Source of the DNA: Deltaproteobacteria bacterium
GTDB lineage: Bacteria; Myxococcota_A; UBA796; SXON01
Direction of reading: 5' to 3'
Length of the DNA: 64,000 nt
Assembly (NCBI GenBank): GCA_014191855.1
Contig: BJHF01000018.1
Location: 3,990 to 67,989 of the forward strand
Positions within the stretch are counted from its first letter, which is position 1. Every line of letters begins with the position of its first letter. Below the pieces are notes generated by a model. It was not told the origin of the DNA. It saw only the letters and a program-made list of their open reading frames with translations, and ran no database searches. The position numbers and the translations under genes are program-made. Shown here one piece after another: positions 1 through 9,006 of the stretch.

Positions 1-806
1 TCAAGACCCCGGATCGGCTTGGGCTGCGGGTTCACCGCGCCCAGCACAAGCTCGATTGAACGCAGGGTTCCTCCCTCGAGAGTCGCGCACAGCGCGAGGC
101 CAAGCTGGGGGAAGTCGATGCTCTCGCGCGTGCGCAGCTTGGTGTAGCTGCCCACGAAGCCCGGCCCGGGCGTGGGAACGACGATGTCGGTGAGCAGCTC
201 CCCCTTGGCGATCGCGAGGTGGTCCATCCCGTTGAAGCGAAACAGGTCCCGGATCGGCAGCTCCCTCGCGCCACCGGGGCCGATCAGTCGCAGCACGGCG
301 TTCAGCGCCAAGAGTACGGGAACCGTGTCGCTCGACTGGGCCGCGACACAGGTCTTGGGGCCGCCCACCACGTGGCACCAGGTGCCATCGGCCTTCAGGC
401 AATACCCGAGGGAACGGCGCCAAAATTCCGTCTGATTGTAGTAGAGACAGCGCGTATCGAGCAACACGTTGCCGCCGAGCGTGCCCATCGCCCGGATCTG
501 CGGGCTCGCCACGAGCGCAGCGGCCTGGGCAAGCGGCGGGAGCATCGCCCGAATGATCGGGTTGGAGGCCACCTCATCGAGGCACGTCGTCGCACCGATC
601 ACGACACGGTCGCTGTCGGCGTCGACGCCCCCCCGGATCCCCGAGAGGCCCACGAGCGTGCGCGGCTTGAACAAACCGTGCTTTACGTTGGGGAGCAGGT
701 CGGTGCCCCCCGACACGTACATCGCCTCCGGATGCGCGCTCCAAAGCGCGAGCGCCTCGGGCCAGGATGCGGCGTGCACATAGCTGAATCCGTCCATCCG
801 TAGCAT
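1..806 (-). CDS. FAD-binding subunit of a xanthine-dehydrogenase-family molybdoenzyme, 4-hydroxybenzoyl-CoA reductase beta (HcrB)-like with [4Fe-4S] insertion; 3' end runs off the window
   Basis: Not in the ORF track; translated by hand from ATG 806 (TGATG overlap with the upstream stop): MLRMDGFSYVHAASWPEAL...GGTDLLPNVK...ASPQIRAMGTLGGNVLLDTRCLYYNQTEFWRRSLGYCLKADGTWCHVVGGPKTCVAAQSSD...YTKLRTRESIDFP. Contains the FAD motifs and a C-x15-C-x7-C-x8-C insertion. Confidence 0.9.
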   Translation of the reverse strand, partial: MLRMDGFSYVHAASWPEALALWSAHPEAMYVSGGTDLLPNVKHGLFKPRTLVGLSGIRGGVDADSDRVVIGATTCLDEVASNPIIRAMLPPLAQAAALVASPQIRAMGTLGGNVLLDTRCLYYNQTEFWRRSLGYCLKADGTWCHVVGGPKTCVAAQSSDTVPVLLALNAVLRLIGPGGARELPIRDLFRFNGMDHLAIAKGELLTDIVVPTPGPGFVGSYTKLRTRESIDFPQLGLALCATLEGGTLRSIELVLGAVNPQPKPIRGL

Positions 807-3598
807 CAGGCCCTCCCGGCGCGGATCGCGGCAAGCACCCGATCGGGCGTAAACGGGATGCGACGGAGCCGGATCCCCACCGCGTCCGCGATGGCATTGG
901 CGATGGCCGGAACGATCGGGTGGAGGGGCCCTTCACCAGCCTCCTTCGCGCCGTAGGGCCCGCCCGGGTCCAGCGATTCGACGATCTGGGCGATCAAGTC
1001 CGGGGTTTCCTTGGAGGTCGGAATGCGGTAGTCGAGGAGGTTCGGGCCCGAGTGCAAACCCTGAGCGTTGAAGGTGTGCGCCTCCATGATCGCCTCGGCG
1101 TACCCCATGTACACCGAACCCTCGATCTGCCCCTCGACCAACTGCGGGTTGAGCGCGCGGCCGCAGTCGTGCGCTGCCCAGACCCGTTCAACACGAACAA
1201 TGCCCGTTTCCGGATCCACGTCCACCTCGCACACATGGGCCGTGGCCGAGTACGCCGGCGAGGCGCCGATGGTCCCTCCCCGGTAGTCGCCCCCCACCTT
1301 CCTCGTGCGGTAGCCGCCAGCCGTCGAGAGCGGCGTTCCCGCGGCCGCTTCCGCCAGCACCAGCGCATCCCGCGCCGAAACCTGCCGCCCCGAGTCCTCG
1401 CGATCCATGTACACGCCGAAGCCTCGTCGAAGCCGCGCTTCGTCCACACCCCACGCCTTGGCTACCGCAGCCAGCATCTGCGCACCCATCGCCCGCCCCG
1501 CCTCCTGCGCCGCGATGCCGCACATGAAGGTCACGCGGCTGGAGTAGGAGCCGAGGTCCACCGGGGTCAGCTCGGTGTCACCCGACACCACCGTGATGTC
1601 ATCAGGCGATACGCCTGTCTCTTCCGCCACGATGTACGCCAGCATCCCGTCGCTGCCCTGCCCGATGTCGTTGGCACCGCAGAACACGGTGATCCGGCCG
1701 CTCCGGTCTGCACGCAGAAGCACGCCGGATTGCGGCATTTCGTTGGGGTAGATCGGGTACGCTGTCCCCGAAATGTACATCGAGGTGGCGACCCCCAACC
1801 CGCGCCCATACGGCAGCTTTCCCCTTCGCTTTTTCCAGTCGCTCGCACGCTCCACGGCGTCGAGGCAAGCGACGATGCCGGAGGACGGGATCAGCAGCCC
1901 GTTCACGGTGCGCTCCCCCGCGCTCACCACGTTCACCCGCCTCATCTCGATCGGGTCGAGCGCCAGCTTGTCGGCCACCTCATCCACCGCACACTCAAAC
2001 GCGAAGCGCGGCTGCACGCTGCCATGGCCGCGCTTCGGGCCGCAGCAGGGCTTGTTGGTGTACACCCGTCGCGAGCGGAAGTGGTAGCTCTCGAAGCCAA
2101 CTGGGCCGGTGAGGAGCTGGCCTGAGTAGTACGTCGTGACGAGCCCGAAGGAGTGGTAGGCACCCCCGTCGATGAGGATGTCGCTCTCCACCGCCGTAAT
2201 TCGTCCGTCCTTCGTCGCCCCCACCTTGAACGCCATGTCCATCGGGTGCCGCCCGCGGTGCGCGTAGAACACCTCCTCGCGGGTGTAGAGGATCTTCACC
2301 GGGCGGCCGGCCCTACGTGACAGCGCCGCCACGCAGAATTCAAGATCGAACGGCTCGGACTTGGCACCGAACGCCCCGCCCACCGCCGGCTGGATCACGC
2401 GCACGTCCTCTGTTCGCAGGCCCAGCACTTTGGCAAGTTCGCGGTGCAGATAGTGCCCCACCTGGGTGGCGGACCATACCGTCAGGCGCCCGTCGGCCGA
2501 CCACTGCCCCACCGCGCAGTGCGGCTCGATCGCCGCGTGGTTGCTCCCCTCGTAGAACCAGCGATCTTCCACGATGGCGTCGGCCCGAGCGAAACCGGCC
2601 TCCACGTCCCCGAAGCGCAGATCCGCCTCCTTGCACACGTTGCTCTCCCACGGGCGCCCCTTCCAGTCCACTTCGTGAACCAGCGGCGCCCCGGGCGCCA
2701 CTCCCGCCGCCGCGTCCGACACGTTCGGGAGCCGCGCATACTCCACCCGGATCGCCGCGATCGCCCGGTTCGCCGTCTCCTCGTCCACCGCGGCAACGGC
2801 AGCGATACCTTCGCCGATGTATCGAACCTTTCCAACGGCCAACGCCGTTTCATCCGGAGTCCACGGGATGATGCAATATGCGGTGGGGAGGTCCGCCCCG
2901 GTGATGACCGCGAACACGCCCGGCAGCGCCTCGGCCGCGCTCGTATCCACGCTCAAGAGGCGCGCGTGCGCCTCCGTGGAACGAAGGATCTTGCCATGCG
3001 CCATCCGGGGCAACTGGATGTCGTCGGCGTAGATCGTGGTGCCCATCGCCTTGCCGATGCTGTCGGCTTTCCGCCCCCGCGCGCCGATCACCTCGAACCC
3101 CTCCGCCGGGGCTCCGTACTTCATCGGAACGTGCCGCTCGCAGCCCGCAGCCGCGAGTTTCACGGCCTCAAAGATCTTGGTGTACCCGGTGCAACGGCAG
3201 AGATTGCCGGACAGGGCCTCGCGGATCTCCGCGTCTGTAGGCTCCGGCGCCCGCGCCAGCAGTGCCTTCGCGCTGAGGATCATCCCGGGCTGGCAAAAGC
3301 CGCATTGGAGCGCGCCTGAAACGTCGAACGCGCGCTGAACCGGGTCCGGCCCCTCCGGCGTGGCCACGCCCTCGATGGTCGTCACTTCGCCCCGCGTGGC
3401 GTGCGCGAGCGTGAGGCAGGAGAGCGTGGGCTTGCCGTTCACAAGTACGGTGCACGCGCCGCAATCTCCCTTGTCACACCCCTGTTTTGTGCCCGTTAGC
3501 CCGAGCGCATACCGCAGGGTTTCAAGCAAGGTCCACGCCTGCGGTACAGCGACGGCGACGTCCTCGCCGTTCACGCGGAGCTGGATCAGCGACTTCAT
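806..3598 (-). CDS. Fused [2Fe-2S] subunit plus molybdopterin-binding subunit, xanthine dehydrogenase family (HcrC-HcrA-like)
   Basis: N-terminal GCDKGDCGAC and QCGFC...CRCTGY 2Fe-2S motifs. These are followed by a Mo-subunit with GGAFGAK, RGHG, DIGQG, GSYSSRVTF, VEGQIEG and GAKEAGEG. Confidence 0.93.
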   Translation of the reverse strand: MKSLIQLRVNGEDVAVAVPQAWTLLETLRYALGLTGTKQGCDKGDCGACTVLVNGKPTLSCLTLAHATRGEVTTIEGVATPEGPDPVQRAFDVSGALQCGFCQPGMILSAKALLARAPEPTDAEIREALSGNLCRCTGYTKIFEAVKLAAAGCERHVPMKYGAPAEGFEVIGARGRKADSIGKAMGTTIYADDIQLPRMAHGKILRSTEAHARLLSVDTSAAEALPGVFAVITGADLPTAYCIIPWTPDETALAVGKVRYIGEGIAAVAAVDEETANRAIAAIRVEYARLPNVSDAAAGVAPGAPLVHEVDWKGRPWESNVCKEADLRFGDVEAGFARADAIVEDRWFYEGSNHAAIEPHCAVGQWSADGRLTVWSATQVGHYLHRELAKVLGLRTEDVRVIQPAVGGAFGAKSEPFDLEFCVAALSRRAGRPVKILYTREEVFYAHRGRHPMDMAFKVGATKDGRITAVESDILIDGGAYHSFGLVTTYYSGQLLTGPVGFESYHFRSRRVYTNKPCCGPKRGHGSVQPRFAFECAVDEVADKLALDPIEMRRVNVVSAGERTVNGLLIPSSGIVACLDAVERASDWKKRRGKLPYGRGLGVATSMYISGTAYPIYPNEMPQSGVLLRADRSGRITVFCGANDIGQGSDGMLAYIVAEETGVSPDDITVVSGDTELTPVDLGSYSSRVTFMCGIAAQEAGRAMGAQMLAAVAKAWGVDEARLRRGFGVYMDREDSGRQVSARDALVLAEAAAGTPLSTAGGYRTRKVGGDYRGGTIGASPAYSATAHVCEVDVDPETGIVRVERVWAAHDCGRALNPQLVEGQIEGSVYMGYAEAIMEAHTFNAQGLHSGPNLLDYRIPTSKETPDLIAQIVESLDPGGPYGAKEAGEGPLHPIVPAIANAIADAVGIRLRRIPFTPDRVLAAIRAGRA

Positions 3599-3634
3599 CC
3601 GGCGCCGCTATCACCGACACGCTACCCTGGCGGC

Positions 3635-4060
3635 GTGGACGTGAACGACTGGGAAGCCCGCCTCACCCGCACCCGCGCAGAAGCCGCGGTTTTCGGTCCT
3701 TTCGTTGGCGAATGGGTCGGGGAGGGCGCCGCCCACGGGGAGCCAGCCTCGGGGGAGCTGCGCGGGGAAGCGATCCTGGACGGCAGCTTCGTCGAGGTGC
3801 GCGAGCGTTCGTCCAATCACGAAGATCGGTGCTTGTACCGCTTTGATCCCGAGGATGGTTGCATGCGCGTCACGCACTTCTTCGCGGGCGCAAGCGTGCG
3901 GGAGTACGCGGTGGAGCGCACCGAGCGAGGCCTCGTCTGGGTCACCCCACCGCTTGAGCCCGCCGTGGAGTGGGTGTTTGGTCCCGATGAGCTGGTGTGC
4001 GAGGTCACCTGGCCGGGAACGCCTGTTCCGGAGGTTCGCATGATCTGGAAGCGCAGGTAG
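3635..4060 (+). CDS. Hypothetical beta-rich protein, possibly DUF1579/lipocalin-like
   Basis: 141-aa ORF abutting aroC (TAG-ATG). FVGEWVGEG start and short beta-strand pattern. Confidence 0.6.
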   Translation: MDVNDWEARLTRTRAEAAVFGPFVGEWVGEGAAHGEPASGELRGEAILDGSFVEVRERSSNHEDRCLYRFDPEDGCMRVTHFFAGASVREYAVERTERGLVWVTPPLEPAVEWVFGPDELVCEVTWPGTPVPEVRMIWKRR

Positions 4061-5155
4061 ATGAGCGGGAACAGCCTCGGTCGACGCTTTGTGGTCACCA
4101 CGTTTGGGGAGAGCCACGGGCCAGCCTTGGGGGTGGTGATCGACGGCGTGCCTCCCGGCTTGCTTGTGGATTTCGAAGCGATGGCGGCCGATCTCGCGCG
4201 GAGGCGGCCCGGGCAGAGCGCGCTCACGAGCCGCCGCAGCGAGGCCGACGCTCCCGAAGTGCTCAGCGGCCTCTTCGAGGGGCGAACGTTGGGAACGCCG
4301 CTCACCCTGCTGTTCCGCAACACTGACGCCGACCCTTCCGCCTACGAAAACCTCCGTGATACATTCCGACCGTCTCACGCAGACTACACCTATGAAGCCC
4401 GTTTTGGAGTGCGGGACTGGCGGGGTGGAGGCAGAGCCAGCGCGCGTGAAACCGTAGCCCGTGTCGCGGCGGGGGCCGTTGCACGGCAGGTGCTGGCAGG
4501 TGCGGGGATCTCGGTTGTGGCATGGGTGCAGCGGGTGGCCACCATCGAGGCCGGCGATGTGGACGAAGCAGCCGTCACCCGCGCCGACATCGATGCGAAC
4601 GCCGTCCGTTGCCCGGACGCAGCGGCAGCCGCGAGGATGGAGGCCGAGATCCTGGACGCCCGTCGCCACGGAGACACCGTAGGCGGCATCATCCGCTGTG
4701 TCGCGCGCGGCGCACCCGCCGGGCTGGGGAGCCCGGTGTTCGACAAGCTGGAGGCCGATCTGGCCAAGGCGATGTTGTCGCTTCCAGCCGCCAAAGGCTT
4801 CGAATCAGGTAGCGGCTACGCGGGGGCCCGCATGCGGGGAAGCGAACACAACGACGCGTTCGTCCCCGGGCCCGGGGGGCGGCCGATGACGGGCACGAAC
4901 CGCTCCGGCGGCATCCAGGGCGGCATCAGCAACGGCATGCCGATCACCTTCACCGTGGCGTTCAAGCCGGTGGCCACCCTCTTCCAGTCCCAGGCAACGG
5001 TGAACCGGGCGAACGAGGCGATCGAGCTGACCGCCCGCGGTCGGCACGATCCGTGTGTTCTCCCACGCGCTGTGCCGATGGTGGAGGCGATGGCGTGCCT
5101 GGTGCTGGTGGATCACTGGCTGGATCGGCTACGTGGGAGCGGGGAGAACCCGTGA
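4061..5155 (+). CDS. aroC: Chorismate synthase
   Basis: TTFGESHG, RPSHAD, GGGRASARET, NRSGGIQGGISNG and RHDPCV signature motifs. Confidence 0.97.
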   Translation: MSGNSLGRRFVVTTFGESHGPALGVVIDGVPPGLLVDFEAMAADLARRRPGQSALTSRRSEADAPEVLSGLFEGRTLGTPLTLLFRNTDADPSAYENLRDTFRPSHADYTYEARFGVRDWRGGGRASARETVARVAAGAVARQVLAGAGISVVAWVQRVATIEAGDVDEAAVTRADIDANAVRCPDAAAAARMEAEILDARRHGDTVGGIIRCVARGAPAGLGSPVFDKLEADLAKAMLSLPAAKGFESGSGYAGARMRGSEHNDAFVPGPGGRPMTGTNRSGGIQGGISNGMPITFTVAFKPVATLFQSQATVNRANEAIELTARGRHDPCVLPRAVPMVEAMACLVLVDHWLDRLRGSGENP

Positions 5156-6564
5156 CGCACTTTTCATCGTTTGGTATCGACGAAGCCCTTTGCCGCCGCG
5201 TGTTGTCCGCGGCGCTCTCTCGAGGCGCCGACGACGCCGACCTGTACTTCGAGCACTCCGGCAGCACGTCGGTGGCGCTTTCGGATGGGAAGGTGAACCG
5301 GGCGAGCACCCACGTGGATCTCGGCGTTGGCGTTCGCGTCGTGGTGGGCGACCAGGTTGGGTATGCCTACACGGAGGATCTCACCGAAGCCTCGATCATC
5401 CAGGCCGCCCGGGTGGCCGCCGAGATCGCTTCCGGCACGCGCGCCACGGCCCCCGTGGCCCTCACGGAGCGGCGCCTGGCCGACCGTTACCCGGCAACGC
5501 TCCCCTGGGAGGGCGTGGACCTCGAAACCCGCGTTCGCCTCGTGCGCGACTGGGAACAGCGGGTGTTCAAAGAAGATCCCCGGGTGATCCGTGTGGAAAC
5601 CTCCATCGGCGACAGCTTCCGGCACATCCTCGTCGCCCGGCCCGATGGTCGCCTCGTGTACGACTACCAGCCGATGACTCGCGGCTTCGTCGTGTGCACC
5701 GCGCAAGACGGCGAGAAGCGCGAATCCTCCAACGCGAACCTTGCACAACGCGCAGGGCTCGAGTTCTACGATGAAGAGCGTGTATCACGCATGTGTCACA
5801 AGGCCGTGGCCGACACGATGCTCTTGTTCGAAGCCGTGAAGTCGCCTGCCGGCGAGATGACCGTGGTGCTGGGCGCCGGCTCCTCAGGCATCCTGCTTCA
5901 CGAGGCGATCGGGCACGGGTTGGAGGCCGACTTCAACCGCAAGGGAATCAGCATCTTCGCCGACCGTGTGGGCACTCGCATCGCCCCTCCGGGAGTCACC
6001 GTGGTGGACGACGGCACCATCCCCCACGCCCGCGGGACCATCAACAACGACGACGAGGGAAACGCGGCTCAGCGCTCCGTATTGGTGGAAGATGGGGTCC
6101 TTCGAGGCTTCTTGCACGACGAGATCAGCGCGAAACACTACGGCGTGGCACCTACAGGGTCCGGGCGCCGCGAGAGCTTCCGGCACGTCGTGCTGCCCCG
6201 AATGCGGAGCACGTACATGGAGAGCGGGACGATGCCGCCGGAGGAGATCATCGCGAGCGTGCAGAACGGCATCTACTGCGCCGACTTCGCCAACGGGCAG
6301 GTGCAGATCGGTGCGGGAGACTTCGCGTTCTACGTGCGCCGCGGCTACCTGATCGAGAACGGCAAGCTCACGCGCCCGATCAAGGACGTGAACCTGATCG
6401 GCAACGGGCCCGACGTACTCGCCACCATCGAAATGGTGGGGAACGACCTGAAGATCGACGAAGGCGGGTGGACGTGCGGGAAAGACGGGCAGAGCGTGCC
6501 CGTGAGCCAGGGGATGCCCACGGTGAAGGTTTCGAAGCTGTCGGTTGGGGGGGCGAGCGCATGA
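5152..6564 (+). CDS. tldD: TldD metalloprotease
   Basis: GTG start overlapping the aroC stop. LLHEAIGHGLEADFNRKG, RMRSTYM and CGKDGQSVPV motifs. Confidence 0.93.
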   Translation: MTHFSSFGIDEALCRRVLSAALSRGADDADLYFEHSGSTSVALSDGKVNRASTHVDLGVGVRVVVGDQVGYAYTEDLTEASIIQAARVAAEIASGTRATAPVALTERRLADRYPATLPWEGVDLETRVRLVRDWEQRVFKEDPRVIRVETSIGDSFRHILVARPDGRLVYDYQPMTRGFVVCTAQDGEKRESSNANLAQRAGLEFYDEERVSRMCHKAVADTMLLFEAVKSPAGEMTVVLGAGSSGILLHEAIGHGLEADFNRKGISIFADRVGTRIAPPGVTVVDDGTIPHARGTINNDDEGNAAQRSVLVEDGVLRGFLHDEISAKHYGVAPTGSGRRESFRHVVLPRMRSTYMESGTMPPEEIIASVQNGIYCADFANGQVQIGAGDFAFYVRRGYLIENGKLTRPIKDVNLIGNGPDVLATIEMVGNDLKIDEGGWTCGKDGQSVPVSQGMPTVKVSKLSVGGASA

Positions 6565-7883
6565 GCCTCATCGAACTTGCACGAAAGACAGTCGAGGATG
6601 CACGCAAGCTCGGAGCCGAAGAGGCCACCGTGTCGGTGTCCCGCAGCTCGGAGCTCTCCCTGGTGCGCCGCGCCGGGAAGCTGGAGCAGGCCACCCAGGC
6701 CACGAGCCGGGGGCTCTCGCTCTCGCTCCTGGTGGACGACCGCTTCTCGGTGCACAGCACCTCCGACCTGCGGCCCGAGGCGGTGAGCGTGTTCTTGGAG
6801 CGCGCCATCGCGGCAACGCGTGTGCTCGAACCCGAGCCAGAGCGCCGCCAACCCGCCTTGTCGCTGTGCGGTCGTGGAGCTTCGGAGGAAGAGCTCGACG
6901 CGGTGGACGCGAGCTACGGCTCCCTCACGGTCGAGGCTCGACGCACTGCGGCCGAGGCGCTTGAAGCGGCCGTTGAAGCGCTCCCGAACCGGAAGCGCGT
7001 GCTCAGCGCCACGATGTACGTCGGCGATTCCAGTGACGAGTCCGTGCGCGTGATGAGCAACGGCTTCGAAGGCGTGCGGAGCAGCACCGGCTTCGGTGCC
7101 GGCGTGGAGATGACGCTGGAGGAGCCCGGGGGCCGACGGCCTGAGGCGACCGCGTGGTACTCCGCTTTGCACCGGGATGATCTGCCGACCAATGCGTTCA
7201 TCGCAGCGGAGGCCTGGGAGAAGGCGGAGCAGCGGCTGGGCAGCAAGCCCGCGCCCTCGGGCCGATATCCGATGCTCCTGGAGAACCGGGTCGCGGGGCG
7301 CATCCTCGGCGTGATCGCTGGCCCGCTATCGGGCAGCGAGCTGCACCAGCAGCGCAGCTTCCTGGCCGGCCGGCTCAACTCCGTGATCGCCAACACCTCG
7401 CTCACCATCACCGACATCCCGAACATCCGCCGCGGGCTCGCTTCGCGCCCATGGGATGGGGATGCGCTCGTCGCGCGGCCGATGCCCATCGTCGAAGCGG
7501 GTGTGCTGAAGAACTACTATATCAGCACGTACTACGCCCGCAAACTTGGCGTCGAGGCGACGACCGGTGGGCGGAGCAACTGGGTGGTCGGGGCCGGAGC
7601 GCGGTCGCCCGAAGCGATACTTCGCGATGTATCAAAATGTATCGTGGTCACCGGCTTCCTGGGCGGCAACAGCAATGGCCTGACGGGGGACTTCAGCTTT
7701 GGCGTTCACGGGCTGCTGGTCGAGCACGGCAAGGTGGTCGGCCATGTCGGCGAGATGAACGTGTCGGGCAACATCGAGGAGGTGCTCGGGCACCTCGTGG
7801 AGCCAGCGAACGACGTGTGGACGTGGTCGAGCGTACGCAGCCCGTCGTTGTTCTTCGACGAAGTGCAGTTCTCGGGGACCTGA
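6561..7883 (+). CDS. pmbA: PmbA/TldE family protein
   Basis: ATGA overlap with tldD (start MSLIELAR; the longer track ORF from 5793 is an artefactual extension). C-terminal GNSNGLTGDFSFG...NVSGN...SPSL motifs. Confidence 0.9.
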   Translation: MSLIELARKTVEDARKLGAEEATVSVSRSSELSLVRRAGKLEQATQATSRGLSLSLLVDDRFSVHSTSDLRPEAVSVFLERAIAATRVLEPEPERRQPALSLCGRGASEEELDAVDASYGSLTVEARRTAAEALEAAVEALPNRKRVLSATMYVGDSSDESVRVMSNGFEGVRSSTGFGAGVEMTLEEPGGRRPEATAWYSALHRDDLPTNAFIAAEAWEKAEQRLGSKPAPSGRYPMLLENRVAGRILGVIAGPLSGSELHQQRSFLAGRLNSVIANTSLTITDIPNIRRGLASRPWDGDALVARPMPIVEAGVLKNYYISTYYARKLGVEATTGGRSNWVVGAGARSPEAILRDVSKCIVVTGFLGGNSNGLTGDFSFGVHGLLVEHGKVVGHVGEMNVSGNIEEVLGHLVEPANDVWTWSSVRSPSLFFDEVQFSGT

Positions 7884-8079
7884 GGGACGGGCGCCTACAC
7901 AAGATCGCCGTGCAAGACGCGGCGCCGTTGGGGCGGGTTTCTGGGGGTGTGAATCGCAAGCTCCGAGAGACAAGAGGGAGCAAGAGTGATGTTGGGTCCT
8001 GCCGGGGCAGTCCGCCGCCGCGCTCGCGGTGCAGCGCTGCGAGCCGGAAACGGGCCCAGGCGGCATGGGCGCCGCTGAC

Positions 8080-9006
8080 TCACGTCACCCGCGCGGCGCC
8101 CTCAACAGGCTGATGCGTTTCCGGTAGTAGCAGCGCGAGCCGTCGGTGGCATTCGGCGAGGGCCGCCGTCTTCGCCCCATGCTCCCGCGGCGTGAAGGCT
8201 TCCCCGAAGACGAGGGTCGCAGGCTCCCGGTACATGATGGTGGCGTCCACCGGGAAGATCCGCTCCCCGCCCACCTGCCCGAGCGGCAGCACCTCCACCC
8301 CCTCGATGAGCAGGTACCGCGCCGCCGCCCTGAGGAACGGCTGGAGTCGCCGCTCACGAGCGCGCGTGCCCTCCGGGTACAACAACACGATGTAGCCCTC
8401 GTCCATGAGCCGGCCGCATTCCGCCAGCGTCTCCAGCGCCACGGCGGCCAGCTCACGCGAGGTGAGCGCGTCCTGCTCGGAGGCGACCGTGCTGGACTGA
8501 GCGGTCTTCCTCGTGTTCAGCGCGATCGAGGCCATGCGACGCCAGGGGTCGGTGTACACCTTGGGGCCGGCGATCGCGACGAGCCGACCGGCCACGCCGT
8601 CGAGCCCCGCCAACGACAAAACGACATCGGTAACTTGGGTATCCGTGTAAGAGAGGTGGTTGCACACCACCATGCGCCGACGCGCCGGCGAAGCGAGGAA
8701 CGACTCGAGGTGCTCGCGCCCCTCGATCGCCCAGGGGGAAACCACCGCGGACATGTACGTACGGGTGATCCGCTGCGCAAGTGGATCCGCGAGGTGGAGG
8801 CGCCAGTCGTCCCCGGCGCGCGTAAACGTGTCGCGAAGCTGGTCGATCTCGGCGTCCGACGCTGCGTCGATCACCCCCTGCAGGCGAGCGGCGAGCGCGG
8901 CGCGGTCCTCCGGAGTGGCGTCGAGATGCTCCGCCACCCACGCCGACAGCCCGGTACGCACCAACACGTTCGGCAATGAGGCGATGACCTCAATCGAGAG
9001 CTCCAT
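8080..9006 (-). CDS. Glycerolipid acyltransferase (PlsC/GPAT superfamily)
   Basis: NHLSYTD (HX4D) and LYPEGTR blocks. Probable start MELSIEV at 9006; start uncertain. Confidence 0.82.
   Translation of the reverse strand: MELSIEVIASLPNVLVRTGLSAWVAEHLDATPEDRAALAARLQGVIDAASDAEIDQLRDTFTRAGDDWRLHLADPLAQRITRTYMSAVVSPWAIEGREHLESFLASPARRRMVVCNHLSYTDTQVTDVVLSLAGLDGVAGRLVAIAGPKVYTDPWRRMASIALNTRKTAQSSTVASEQDALTSRELAAVALETLAECGRLMDEGYIVLLYPEGTRARERRLQPFLRAAARYLLIEGVEVLPLGQVGGERIFPVDATIMYREPATLVFGEAFTPREHGAKTAALAECHRRLALLLPETHQPVEGAARVT

Noticed and set aside
5793-6560. Long extension of the pmbA ORF (696 aa)
   Set aside because: Arg-rich off-frame overlap with tldD. The real start is the ATGA-coupled codon at 6561.
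8022-8044. Hairpin GCTCGC...GCGAGC between pmbA and the acyltransferase
   Set aside because: Short, GC-only, with no U tract; indistinguishable from background in this genome.
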